A DNA stretch of 63,889 bases, filler included, from Collodictyon triciliatum (taxonomy: Eukaryota), in NCBI GenBank assembly GCA_043381765.1. It is 5 parts of 5 records of this genome, joined end to end, with 100 filler letters (N's around TTAATTAATTAA, not from the genome) between each part and the next. Parts side by side here need not be neighbours in the genome. Positions count along the whole stretch, not along the records: positions 60,238 to 63,889 come from JBHJMP010001618.1; 4 more parts are not named here. One strand, given 5' to 3'. The notes below the pieces were generated by a model. That model made no database searches. It had not been told where the DNA came from and saw only the letters and a list, made by a program, of their open reading frames with translations. A program made the translations under genes and the position numbers. This document shows positions 63,800 to 63,889 of this stretch, in pieces. Position 1 is the first letter of the stretch. Each line of letters starts with the position of its first letter.

Positions 63800-63839
<40 letters not shown>

Positions 63840-63889
63840 CCTATATTCTAAAATTTTTTTTTTTTTTTCTCCATTTTTTTTTTTTTTTT

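Overview
Gene-dense, intron-rich, AT-rich eukaryotic nuclear DNA from a draft assembly, most likely a flagellated protist (inference from gene content). It uses the standard code, and every intron I traced is GT-AG. Four 100-bp N gaps carry the artificial six-frame-stop spacer TTAATTAATTAA, so adjacency across them is unproven. Genes rebuilt by joining exons by hand, in order: a Pho80/P-type cyclin exon with an in-frame TGA; alpha-MPP/Core-2; COQ8/ABC1 kinase; an RNI-type LRR protein; a small hidden multi-exon gene; a Myb/SANT (trihelix-like) protein; 5'-truncated COPA; a full-length CatSper-beta homologue; a hypothetical gene; a MORN-repeat protein; a twin 6TM cyclase-type membrane protein with no catalytic domain; a NEK kinase; a YbiA-like NADAR; a DEP + VARP-like VPS9 GEF; a coiled-coil gene fragment; a myosin fragment with an IQ-RhoGAP-MyTH4 tail; an orphan membrane protein; tRNA-Pro(CGG); and a small secreted Cys protein. 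Introns and UTRs are packed with micro- and minisatellites, which explain most low-complexity ORFs in the track. The most notable items are the CatSper-beta gene, the myosin-RhoGAP-MyTH4 architecture and the catalytic-less double cyclase anchor. Homology calls rest on motif recognition from memory, not on database searches.
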